This document shows, piece by piece, positions 53,479-61,132 of a stretch of DNA of 64,000 bases. The first letter of the stretch is position 1; the number at the start of each line of letters is the position of its first letter. Source of the stretch: Actinomycetes bacterium. GTDB lineage: Bacteria > Actinomycetota > Acidimicrobiia > Acidimicrobiales > JAKAVM01. Location: contig JAKAWH010000001.1 in the NCBI GenBank assembly GCA_021817065.1, forward strand, positions 8,917 through 72,916, read 5' to 3'. The notes below the pieces were generated by a model. That model was not told the DNA's origin. It searched no databases and was given only the letters and a program-made list of their open reading frames with translations. Position numbers and translations under genes: made by a program.

Positions 53479-54696
53479 CTACCAGGTAACTTGCATGCGG
53501 GCGCCTCCCGACGGGGACGATGCGACCGTCCAGCGCCCTCCGGTTGCTCCTACCACCGCATCGGCGATAGCCAGCCCGAGCCCACTTCCACCCTTGGTGT
53601 TGGTTGCGCGATGGAATCGCTGGAAGATCCGGTCCCGTTCCGCCTCGGGAATGCCCGGACCTTCGTCGTCGACGGTCACAGTGGGACCCTGCTCGTTCTG
53701 TTCGACGGCTACCCGTACGCAGGTGCCCGGCGCAGTGTAGCGGCACGCGTTGTCGATCAACACGGAGATGAGGCGATCCAGCCACTCGGGAGGAGCATGG
53801 ACGATTGCAGCTCCCTCTTCGGCTTCGCGCACCTCGACGGTGACGTGGCGCTGGGCGGCAAGGGCCTCGAAGCGGTGCGCCGCCTCAGAAGCCGCCGCGG
53901 ATAGGTCGACCAGTTCGGTCGCTGGTCGCCGCGGACCGGAGTCGAAGCGCGCCAACCAGAGGAGTTCCTCGACGATCTTCTTGAGGCGTCCCGTCTCGGC
54001 AGACACTTTTTCCAGCGAAGAGCGGTAGAATTCCGCGTCTCGGGGTGTCGACAGCGAAAGCCCTACTTCCGCCTCGATCACGCTCAGCGGAGTGCGAAGT
54101 TCGTGGGAGGCATCGGCGGTAAAAGCGAGCAGTTTGCGTCGGGCTTCCTCCACCGGTGAGGCGGCGCGATGGCCGATGAGGTACGCAGTGAGGAAGAACC
54201 CGGTGAGAACCAGGGGGAGGAGGATTACCTCGGCCATTTCGAGGACCACAGTGTCATGCTGTGCTTCGGCTGTGCTCATCGCCGCCACCCAGTTCCCTCC
54301 CCGTACCGCCATCCCGGAAACCCGGAATTCCAATCCTGCAATGGTGGTGGTCTGCGGGTGGCTCACTCCGTAGAGCGATGGGGGCAGGGCCGGCAGCGCG
54401 CTGTCGGCCGGGTAGGCGCTGCCGTTCGCCGGGACCCACCAGTAGGCAACCGGGACCTTGTCGAGTTTGTCGTCGGGATCGATCCGGGTCGGACCGCTGA
54501 AATAGCCGATCACCGGTCGGCCCGGTGCGAGCGTGGTGGATGCCCTTCCAAGGCTGGACAAGGTCTCTGACAGTTCCCTGTCCAGTGTCCTGGTGCTGCG
54601 GGTTCCCACGGTGATGTTGATCACCATGCTTGCCAGGACGTAGACGATCGCGACCACCAGCGTGGAACGCAGTGCGACCGACCGGCTGCTGCTCAC
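53479..54696 (-). CDS. sensor histidine kinase (two TM, periplasmic loop, HisKA, HATPase_c)
   Basis: H-box FTADASHELRTPLSVI. ATPase boxes LIDNACRYT, DDEGPGIP and GGSGLGLAIA. The GTG start overlaps the regulator stop (GTGA). Confidence 0.9.
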   Translation of the reverse strand: MSSSRSVALRSTLVVAIVYVLASMVINITVGTRSTRTLDRELSETLSSLGRASTTLAPGRPVIGYFSGPTRIDPDDKLDKVPVAYWWVPANGSAYPADSALPALPPSLYGVSHPQTTTIAGLEFRVSGMAVRGGNWVAAMSTAEAQHDTVVLEMAEVILLPLVLTGFFLTAYLIGHRAASPVEEARRKLLAFTADASHELRTPLSVIEAEVGLSLSTPRDAEFYRSSLEKVSAETGRLKKIVEELLWLARFDSGPRRPATELVDLSAAASEAAHRFEALAAQRHVTVEVREAEEGAAIVHAPPEWLDRLISVLIDNACRYTAPGTCVRVAVEQNEQGPTVTVDDEGPGIPEAERDRIFQRFHRATNTKGGSGLGLAIADAVVGATGGRWTVASSPSGGARMQVTW

Positions 54697-55361
54697 TGCT
54701 CGACCAGCTTGTAGCCGACGCCGCGTACGGTTGCCAGACGTACGTCGGCCCGCGCCAACTTGGCCCGAAGACGCGCGATGTGCACGTCGATGGTGTTGGA
54801 ACCCACCGCATCGGCTTCGTCCGGCCAGGCCTGCTGAGCGATAGATGAGCGTGAGACGACAGAAGGATATCGTCGCAGGAGAAGTTCCATGATTGCGTAC
54901 TCCCGCGGGGTCACGTCGATTTGGTCGTGACCCACCCGGAATTCGTGCGCTGCGGGATCGAGCATAAGCGAACCGACTCGAAGCACCGGCTCGATGTGGC
55001 TGTCCTGCCTGCGCAGGAGTGCTCGCAGGCGGGCGAGTAGCTCCCCGTTGTCGAATGGCTTCATGAGATAGTCGTCCGCACCCGCATCGAGACCCTGGAT
55101 CCGATCAGAGGTGGTGTCACGGGCGGTGAGCATCAGGATCGGGACGCGAAGTCCCTTCTTTCTCGACCAGGCGACCAGGTCGACCCCGTCCATTCCCGGC
55201 AGGCGCCAGTCGAACACCGCAACGCCATATTCGTAGGCACGCAAGTATGCCTGCGCCTCCTCGGCGTCGGCCACCGCATCCACCGCGTACCCGGCCTCGA
55301 CGAGGATCCGCCCGAGCACCTCGCGAAGTTCGTGGTCGTCTTCGACGAGGAGGAGTCGCAT
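54693..55361 (-). CDS. OmpR/PhoB family response regulator
   Basis: MRLLLVEDDHELREVL...VFDWRLPGMDG plus a winged-helix C-terminus (LTPREYAIMELLLR...VDVHIARLRAKL...TVRGVGY). Confidence 0.92.
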   Translation of the reverse strand: MRLLLVEDDHELREVLGRILVEAGYAVDAVADAEEAQAYLRAYEYGVAVFDWRLPGMDGVDLVAWSRKKGLRVPILMLTARDTTSDRIQGLDAGADDYLMKPFDNGELLARLRALLRRQDSHIEPVLRVGSLMLDPAAHEFRVGHDQIDVTPREYAIMELLLRRYPSVVSRSSIAQQAWPDEADAVGSNTIDVHIARLRAKLARADVRLATVRGVGYKLVEQ

Positions 55362-55494
55362 GGGAACCCAGTGTGTCAGGTCCGGCGGTCGATTCGCCGA
55401 CCCTGCCCGGCGTAGGGGAGCGTGTGGGGACTCTCACCGGGCCCTCAGGAACCGTTCATGTCCGTGTCAGGTTGTTTCCGTACGGTTCAGTGCC

Positions 55495-55923
55495 ATGAAC
55501 ACCAACATTGGACGGTCCGGCCCCGGGGCCACCCAGCGGCGCCGCTCGATGGCCAGGGACGCTGCCCTCGGGCGCCTATCCCGGGTGACCGCCGCGCTGG
55601 TGACAGCCGCAGTTGGGACGGTCGCCGCGGTGGCGCTTTTCGTAGCCAACGCCCTGCCGGGTCGATCGATCGTGGTGACCAGCGGTGCGTCAACGGCCGG
55701 CAGCCAGGGGCAGGGTTCGCCCGTTCAGGGAGTTACCACCCCGCCCAACCCCTCAACAACCGCCGCAGCGCCGGTGGCAGGGCCGTCGGCTCCGGAATCC
55801 ACCTCGCAGAACGCGGGATCGGCTTCGCCGGCACCCGCCACCCCCCCGACGACCCTGTCTCCTCCTCCCACCGTTCCCCGCTCCACCTACCGTCAGCCGG
55901 TAATCGTCTCGGCTGTGAGCTGA
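55495..55923 (+). CDS. single-pass membrane protein with a Pro/Ser/Thr-rich extracytoplasmic tail (possible truncated FMN-binding-type protein)
   Basis: The ATG at 55495 gives a basic N-terminus, a TM helix (VTAALVTAAVGTVAAVALFVANAL) and then only low complexity (TSGASTAGSQGQGSP...PPPTVPRSTYRQPVIVSAVS). No folded domain is apparent. Confidence 0.5.
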   Translation: MNTNIGRSGPGATQRRRSMARDAALGRLSRVTAALVTAAVGTVAAVALFVANALPGRSIVVTSGASTAGSQGQGSPVQGVTTPPNPSTTAAAPVAGPSAPESTSQNAGSASPAPATPPTTLSPPPTVPRSTYRQPVIVSAVS

Positions 55924-56003
55924 GGGACCGTGCTGACTTTCCCGACCGGGCCCCCACCCCCGGTTTCCTACGTCTAGCAGGGCACCCGGCCCTGCCGGCA
56001 GCC

Positions 56004-56993
56004 GTGCCCACCCGGGATCCCCTCCGGTGCTCGTGGAGGGCGCTCGGGACATCGGTCGATCTGGTGGTAACCGATCCGGCCACTTTGGAAGATGCGTGCG
56101 AGATCCTCGACTTCGAGGTCCGACGGATCGATGCGATAGCCAGCCGGTTCCGTCTCGACTCGGAGATCTCCTATCTCAACAACGCGGGAGGCGGGGAGAT
56201 CCCCATCGGTCCCGGTCTGATCGAGGCATTGTCTGTTGCATTACGAGCTGCAGAATTGACGGGTGGCTTGGTCGACCCCACGGTGGGCGACGCTCTGATC
56301 CGCGCCGGCTATGACCGCGACTTCGCCTTGGTCGCTCCCGACGGCCCTATGATCGCGCTCGAGGGAAATCCGGCTCCCGGTTGGCGCTCGGTTCGTCTCG
56401 ACACCGAGGTGGGGACAGTCCGGGTGCCCTGCGGGATCCGCTTCGACCTCGGAGCGACCGCCAAGGCTCTCGCCGCTGATCGCTCAGCCACATCGATCAG
56501 CCGGAGCCTGGGGTGCGGAGTCGCCGTCTCCCTCGGGGGAGATGTGGCTGTCGGCGGCCCTCCACCCGCGGGCGGTTGGTCGATTCAGGTCGTCGAGGAT
56601 GGAGGTGGCAGGGTGCCGGCAGGCCCGGCGGTCTCGATCGGGGGGGGCGGTCTCGCCACGTCGGGGACGACACTGCGTTGTTGGCGTAGGGGGGGCACTG
56701 TTCTCCACCACATCATCGATCCCGCCACCGGTCTTCCCGCCGAATCCTGCTGGCGGACCGCGACCGTGTCGGCCGGGAGTTGCGTCGACGCCAACATCGC
56801 CGCAACCGCTGCGATACTTCTCGGGCACGAGGCGGTTTCCTGGCTGGAGCAGCGTATGCTGCCTGCTCGCCTGGTGGCGGTGGGTGGACGGGTCGTCACC
56901 ACCGCCGGCTGGCCCGAGGACGGCGCCCTTTTCCCGAGTCCTCCGCAGCCTCATCGCCCGCTCCGGCGCACGGAGGCGCTCGCTCGGTGCTGA
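56004..56993 (+). CDS. ApbE family FAD:protein FMN transferase
   Basis: WRALGTSVDLVV, SEISYLN, DPTVG, FDLGATAKALAAD, SLGGDV, and GGLATSGTTLRCW....HHIIDPATGLP. The start is uncertain: a GTG at 56004 is the first plausible start after the upstream stop. No signal peptide is visible. Confidence 0.8.
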   Translation: MPTRDPLRCSWRALGTSVDLVVTDPATLEDACEILDFEVRRIDAIASRFRLDSEISYLNNAGGGEIPIGPGLIEALSVALRAAELTGGLVDPTVGDALIRAGYDRDFALVAPDGPMIALEGNPAPGWRSVRLDTEVGTVRVPCGIRFDLGATAKALAADRSATSISRSLGCGVAVSLGGDVAVGGPPPAGGWSIQVVEDGGGRVPAGPAVSIGGGGLATSGTTLRCWRRGGTVLHHIIDPATGLPAESCWRTATVSAGSCVDANIAATAAILLGHEAVSWLEQRMLPARLVAVGGRVVTTAGWPEDGALFPSPPQPHRPLRRTEALARC

Positions 56994-58147
56994 TGACCGC
57001 CTCGGCCAACGGCCGTGCGCTGTGGTACCTGACTCGTTCGACCGGCTTCGTTTCTCTGGTCATCCTGACTGCGGTCGTCGTGCTCGGGATCATGTCTACC
57101 GCCGGGTGGAGTTCGCGTACCTGGCCCCGTTTCGTAACTCAAGGGCTCCATCGCAACCTCACCGTGCTGAGCCTCGCGGTGATCGTGGTTCATATCGTCA
57201 CCACCGTCGCAGACGGGTTTGCTCCGATCGGCTTCCTCGACGCGGTCGTCCCCTTCCATTCTCCCTACCGCCCGATCTGGCTGGGTTTCGGAGCGCTCTC
57301 CTTCGACCTCCTGCTGGCCGTGACCATAACCAGCGCGGTCCGCCGCCATATCGGGTACCGGACCTGGAAGTTCGTTCACTGGGCGAGCTACGCGATGTGG
57401 CCGATGGCGGTGGTTCACGGTCTGGGGACCGGAAGCGACACCCGCCTTTCACCGGTGCTTTTCGTCAATGCACTGTGCGTCCTGGCCGTATTGGGTGCGG
57501 TTGCGTGGAGGCTTACCCTCGGGTCGGTCGAAGTGGTCCACCGGCTGGTGCTCGGTGCCGTTGCAGCCGTGTGCACTCTGGCGATTGCCCTTTTCACGAT
57601 TGCAGGGCCTCTGCGCCCCAAGTGGGCCGAGCGATCGGGGACGCCGATGGCGCTCCTGGCGAAGATCGCCGGTCTCAACACCGCCGCACAGGCGGCATCT
57701 GGTTCATCCGGTGGGCCTTCTGGACAGGCGACTGCCTCCTCAGGTCCGAGCCAATCATCGGCACCCACCGCGGCTTCGTCGCTTCCCTCGACCCCGTTCG
57801 AAGCGTCCTACCAGGCAATGCTGACCCAGAGCGGTCCCGACGCGTCGGGCGACGCGACGGTCGACATCTCCGGCCAGCTATCGGGGGGCGCCTCCGGGCC
57901 TCTCCGGATCGTTCTAACCGGCCCTCCCGATCCGGGTGGAGGCCTCTCAGTCGTGTCGAGCAGGGTGACTTTTCTATCGGCATCGGGCGAGGTGGTGCGC
58001 CTCGACGGCACCCGTCTCTTGGCTCAGGTGTCGGATGCAAACGGAACAACACTCTCACTCGACATAAGCCTCCGGATCGACCAGGCAACCGGCGCTGTTA
58101 CCGGAGTGGTGCGGAGCTTCCTGCCGGGGCAGGGGGGCGACGATTGA
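56993..58147 (+). CDS. ferric-reductase-like (NOX/MsrQ-type) di-heme transmembrane protein with an extracytoplasmic C-terminal domain
   Basis: The ATG overlaps the ApbE stop (TGATG). The His pairs HRNLTVLSLAVIVVH (H-x13-H) and HWASYAMWPMAVVH (H-x12-H) match the NOX/FRD spacing. After about 6 TMs come a Ser/Gly-rich linker and a domain of about 110 aa. No FNR-type FAD/NADPH domain is present. Confidence 0.8.
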   Translation: MTASANGRALWYLTRSTGFVSLVILTAVVVLGIMSTAGWSSRTWPRFVTQGLHRNLTVLSLAVIVVHIVTTVADGFAPIGFLDAVVPFHSPYRPIWLGFGALSFDLLLAVTITSAVRRHIGYRTWKFVHWASYAMWPMAVVHGLGTGSDTRLSPVLFVNALCVLAVLGAVAWRLTLGSVEVVHRLVLGAVAAVCTLAIALFTIAGPLRPKWAERSGTPMALLAKIAGLNTAAQAASGSSGGPSGQATASSGPSQSSAPTAASSLPSTPFEASYQAMLTQSGPDASGDATVDISGQLSGGASGPLRIVLTGPPDPGGGLSVVSSRVTFLSASGEVVRLDGTRLLAQVSDANGTTLSLDISLRIDQATGAVTGVVRSFLPGQGGDD

Positions 58148-58223
58148 GCGCGATGAGCATGGACCGGACTCCGCAACGGAGCACTGGTCGAGATGCCGGC
58201 CGCACCGTCCCCGAGGAGCAGAG

Positions 58224-59594
58224 ATGATCGCTCCGCCCGAAGGATCGAAACGACTCCTCCGGACGGTCGGTACGCCTTCCCAGGACCAGCCGGGTCCTCC
58301 GTCGGCTCTTGACCATCACTTGAGCAGCTGGGGCCCGTGTCCACTTCCGACCCGTCAGCATCGCCGTGGTGCATTCGCAGTAATCGACGAGAGCGGCTTG
58401 CGGGGGCGAGGAGGAGCCTGGTTCCCGGTGGCGGCCAAGTGGAAGGCAGTTGCAGAAGGGCGCAAGCGCCCTGTCGTCGTGGTGAACGCCTCGGAGGGAG
58501 AGCCGGCGAGCGCCAAGGATGCCACCCTCCTTTTCCACGCACCGCATCTGGTGCTCGACGGTGCGATGTTCGCAGCAGCCGCCCTGGAAGCCACCCGGGT
58601 CGTCTGTTTCGTCCCTGCGCGATTCGTAGCTCCCCTGGTCTCCCACCTGTCCGACCGCTCGCGTGCCGGCATGAATGCCGTCGATGCGGAAGTGGTCGCC
58701 GCTCCCGAGGGTTATGTGGTCGGCCAGGAGTCGGCGGCGGTGAACTTCCTCAATGGAGGTATTCCCGGTACGCCTACCTTCACCAGGCTCCGACCTGTCT
58801 ACCAGTCGGGCGTTGCCGGTGCCCCCACCCTCATCCAGAACGCAGAGACCTTGGCCCATGTCGCTTTGATCGCGCGGTTCGGAGCCGAGTGGTTCCGCCG
58901 GGAGGGGACGAACGCGTCGCCGGGTACCGCGCTCATTACTCTCACCGGGTCGGTCGCCTCGCCGCGGGTGATGGAGATCGGGGTTGGTACCACCCTTCGC
59001 TCCGTCCTGGCGCGCACCGGTGACGGCACCGACGGCATCCAGGGAGTTCTGATCGGTGGTTACGGAGGAGGGTGGGTCCCGACTGCGAGGGCACTCGATG
59101 TGCAACTCTCACCCGAGGCGCTCCGTGGGATCGGGACCGGATTCGGTCCCGGCGTGGTGTTTTTGATGCCCGGTAACACCTGCCCGGGATCTCAGGTCGC
59201 CGGGCTTGCCCGGTGGATGGCCTCGCAGGGCGCCGGTCAATGCGGACCCTGCGCTAACGGTCTTCCTGCCATCGCTGCCGGTCTTGAGGCGATTGTGTCG
59301 GGACGCGCCAAGAAGGACACTCTCAACGGAGTGCTCCATGCATGCACCCTGGTCGAGGGGAGGGGGGCATGCCGCCACCCGGACGGAGTGGCGCGCATGG
59401 TGCGGACCGCGCTCGAGGTATTCGCGTCCGATTTCGATGCCCATCTTCGTAGCAAGGGGTGCGGCCGCGCCAACCGCATGCTCCTGCCCACCCATCCGAT
59501 CTTCGGGACTCGGGAATCGCCCCCCCGCGTGCGGTCTCGTTCCAGTGACCGATCACTGGGAAGTGTGCGACCGGCGAGGGCGGTTCTCCGATGA
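58224..59594 (+). CDS. NuoF-like (complex I 51-kDa family) NADH/FMN-binding protein with a divergent Fe-S motif
   Basis: GLRGRGGAWFPVAAKW, VVVNASEGEPASAKD, EGYVVGQESAAVNFLNG and APTLIQNAETLAHV match NuoF blocks. The cluster region reads GQCGPCANG ... LHACTLVEGRGACRHPDG rather than CxxCxxC. SD GAGGAG precedes the ATG. Confidence 0.8.
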   Translation: MIAPPEGSKRLLRTVGTPSQDQPGPPSALDHHLSSWGPCPLPTRQHRRGAFAVIDESGLRGRGGAWFPVAAKWKAVAEGRKRPVVVVNASEGEPASAKDATLLFHAPHLVLDGAMFAAAALEATRVVCFVPARFVAPLVSHLSDRSRAGMNAVDAEVVAAPEGYVVGQESAAVNFLNGGIPGTPTFTRLRPVYQSGVAGAPTLIQNAETLAHVALIARFGAEWFRREGTNASPGTALITLTGSVASPRVMEIGVGTTLRSVLARTGDGTDGIQGVLIGGYGGGWVPTARALDVQLSPEALRGIGTGFGPGVVFLMPGNTCPGSQVAGLARWMASQGAGQCGPCANGLPAIAAGLEAIVSGRAKKDTLNGVLHACTLVEGRGACRHPDGVARMVRTALEVFASDFDAHLRSKGCGRANRMLLPTHPIFGTRESPPRVRSRSSDRSLGSVRPARAVLR

Positions 59595-59806
59595 CTCGGC
59601 GCACGATCGCAGTGGTGGTGGACCCAACGACCTGCGACGGCCGGGGCGTTTGTGCCGAGCTGCTCCCCGAGTGGATCTCCCTCGACCCGTGGGGTTACCC
59701 GATCCTGCGGGAGGGCGCCGTCCCGGGCGCGCTCCTCGATCACGTACGCCGAGCCGTCGCCGCCTGTCCCAAGTTGGCTCTGTCGATCGTCGAAACAGGC
59801 GGCTGA
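59591..59806 (+). CDS. small single-cluster ferredoxin
   Basis: In this 71-aa protein, VDPTTCDGRGVCAELLPE ... AVAACPKLAL gives a C-x5-C...CP pattern, typical of actinobacterial 3Fe-4S/4Fe-4S ferredoxins. It is ATGA-coupled to the NuoF-like gene. Confidence 0.8.
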   Translation: MTRRTIAVVVDPTTCDGRGVCAELLPEWISLDPWGYPILREGAVPGALLDHVRRAVAACPKLALSIVETGG

Positions 59807-60109
59807 GTACGGCGACCAGCCGCACAGTTTATCGACGCGAGGTTCCGAAGGTCGTCTCAACTCATCGCTCCGGCTCACAAGGCGTTCTCTGGGCGCGCAC
59901 CGCCTAGGGAAACAGGACCCGGATCGTCGAACGGTACAGTCTTGACCGTGGATGGTGAATCATGAAGGGCTGCCGCGCCGACCCTTGTAGCCGCACGGAG
60001 GAGGTAAGTCGGACTACTTGCAATCCCAACTCCCAGATCCGCTTCGCTTCGGTAACTTCCAGCTCCGGATCGAATCCGAGGACGCAACGCTCGTGCACTG
60101 ACAATAAGG

Positions 60110-60763
60110 ATGAGAATGGCGGATCGTAGTGTGGGCATCGGCGGTGAATGGGCACGGCTGCCTAACGGAGAATCTGTATTCGTGGATTCCCTCGGTCGAG
60201 GGTGGGTGCTCGATGCCCGGGGGAGGCTTATAGCAGTTCGCAAACCCCACCTCGCTCGGGCTGCGAACGCCTCCAATCAAGATCCTCCGGTGTTCATGGT
60301 GCTCAAGGCGCCTCTTGTCGAGAAAATACTGATCTGGGGTATTGGAGCCACCCTCGTGTCCAGCGCACTGGTGATAAATGCATGGCACTTCGCGCCCTAT
60401 CTGGTAGTCGGACGTTTAGAGCAGCTTGTCGATGTCCTTTCCGGCTTATTCCTTCTTGTCTTTGGAGTATCGTTTCCGTATCTGGTCTTGCGAACCCGTA
60501 CCGAAGCGAGGCCGGGATCTTTGGTTGTGAAGGCGCGGTTCCGTAACTACCGCGTCGACACCGATCAGTTGATCTCAATCCAGTGGAAGCTAAAGAGAAA
60601 CTTGGGGCCGAAGACGTGGCTCCCCTTCGTGACAGACCCTCGAGGAACCGGATTCTGGATGAGGCGTATCGAGGGAGGTACTTCTCACAACAGCGTCCCG
60701 TTACTGAATGGCCAGTTACAACTTGCAGCTTTGGAAGCGGTTCTCGAATCCGAGTACGATTGA
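60110..60763 (+). CDS. hypothetical membrane protein (two TM plus possible bacterial PH-like C-terminal domain) in a low-GC stretch
   Basis: AAGGA precedes the second ATG (60116). The TM helices are ILIWGIGATLVSSALVINAW and VLSGLFLLVFGVSFPYLVL. No confident family was recognised. Confidence 0.45.
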   Translation: MRMADRSVGIGGEWARLPNGESVFVDSLGRGWVLDARGRLIAVRKPHLARAANASNQDPPVFMVLKAPLVEKILIWGIGATLVSSALVINAWHFAPYLVVGRLEQLVDVLSGLFLLVFGVSFPYLVLRTRTEARPGSLVVKARFRNYRVDTDQLISIQWKLKRNLGPKTWLPFVTDPRGTGFWMRRIEGGTSHNSVPLLNGQLQLAALEAVLESEYD

Positions 60764-60857
60764 CTATCGTGCCACGATCTCGGTGGCGCGAGTGAGGCTG
60801 GTTGTGGGGTTATGCCGGCACAAGGGTGGCATGGCCGGCAATGTCCAGCAACCGGAT

Positions 60858-60889
60858 CTTCCCCCGGCAGGAACTTCCCCCGGCAGGAA
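60858..60889. repeat. 16-bp tandem direct repeat (cttcccccggcaggaa) x2 next to the tRNA fragment
   Basis: Direct reading: copies at 60858-60873 and 60874-60889, followed by a partial ccttgg. Confidence 0.9.
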
Positions 60890-60897
60890 CCTTGGAA

Positions 60898-61014
60898 GGA
60901 CTGAGCACCCCCAACGGGATTCGAACCCGTGCCGCCACCTTGAAAGAGAGAACAAGTATGTCTATCGAGTGACGATGCATGGTATTTGGGCAGTTCAGGA
61001 GGGGTGCTGAGTCC
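60898..61014. repeat. imperfect 14-bp inverted repeat bracketing the tRNA fragment
   Basis: ggactgagcacccc (60898-60911) pairs with ggggtgctgagtcc (61001-61014) in 13 of 14 positions, with an 89-bp spacer. Direct repeats ggctgtaa occur at 61053 and 61065. Confidence 0.7.
60906..60946 (-). other. tRNA-Glu(TTC)-like 3' fragment (anticodon loop to discriminator); putative integration (att) site remnant
   Basis: The minus strand reads CTTTCAA-GGTGG-CGGC-ACGGG-TTCGAAT-CCCGT-TGGGGGT-G. This is an anticodon loop with 3' stem strand, variable region, a perfect T arm, the acceptor 3' strand and the discriminator. No matching 5' half (ACCCCCA plus D arm) lies upstream. Confidence 0.6.
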
Positions 61015-61132
61015 ACCAAGGTGCCTCTCATTGGCCCGAGTTCTCCCCCGTAGGCTGTAAAAGAGGCTGTAACATTATCGCTGAGCGATGTAGCTGAAGA
61101 GGCTCGGGGCTTTCCTCACGATACCGGTATCG

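Noticed and set aside
57640-58147. The C-terminal domain of the FRD protein as a divergent FMN_bind domain (string VDISGQLSGGAS).
   Set aside because: There is no SGAT/SGAS-type flavinylation motif at the aligned position (SGQL), and the other FMN_bind blocks are absent.
60898-61014. A complete unusual tRNA, such as tRNA-Sec with an 8-bp acceptor stem (GCACCCCT / GGGGGTGC) and a TCA anticodon within TTTCAAG.
   Set aside because: The anticodon stem would have two or more mismatches, no D arm can be drawn, and the intervening roughly 55 nt are AT-rich and unstructured. The simpler reading is a 3' tRNA-Glu fragment plus an inverted repeat.
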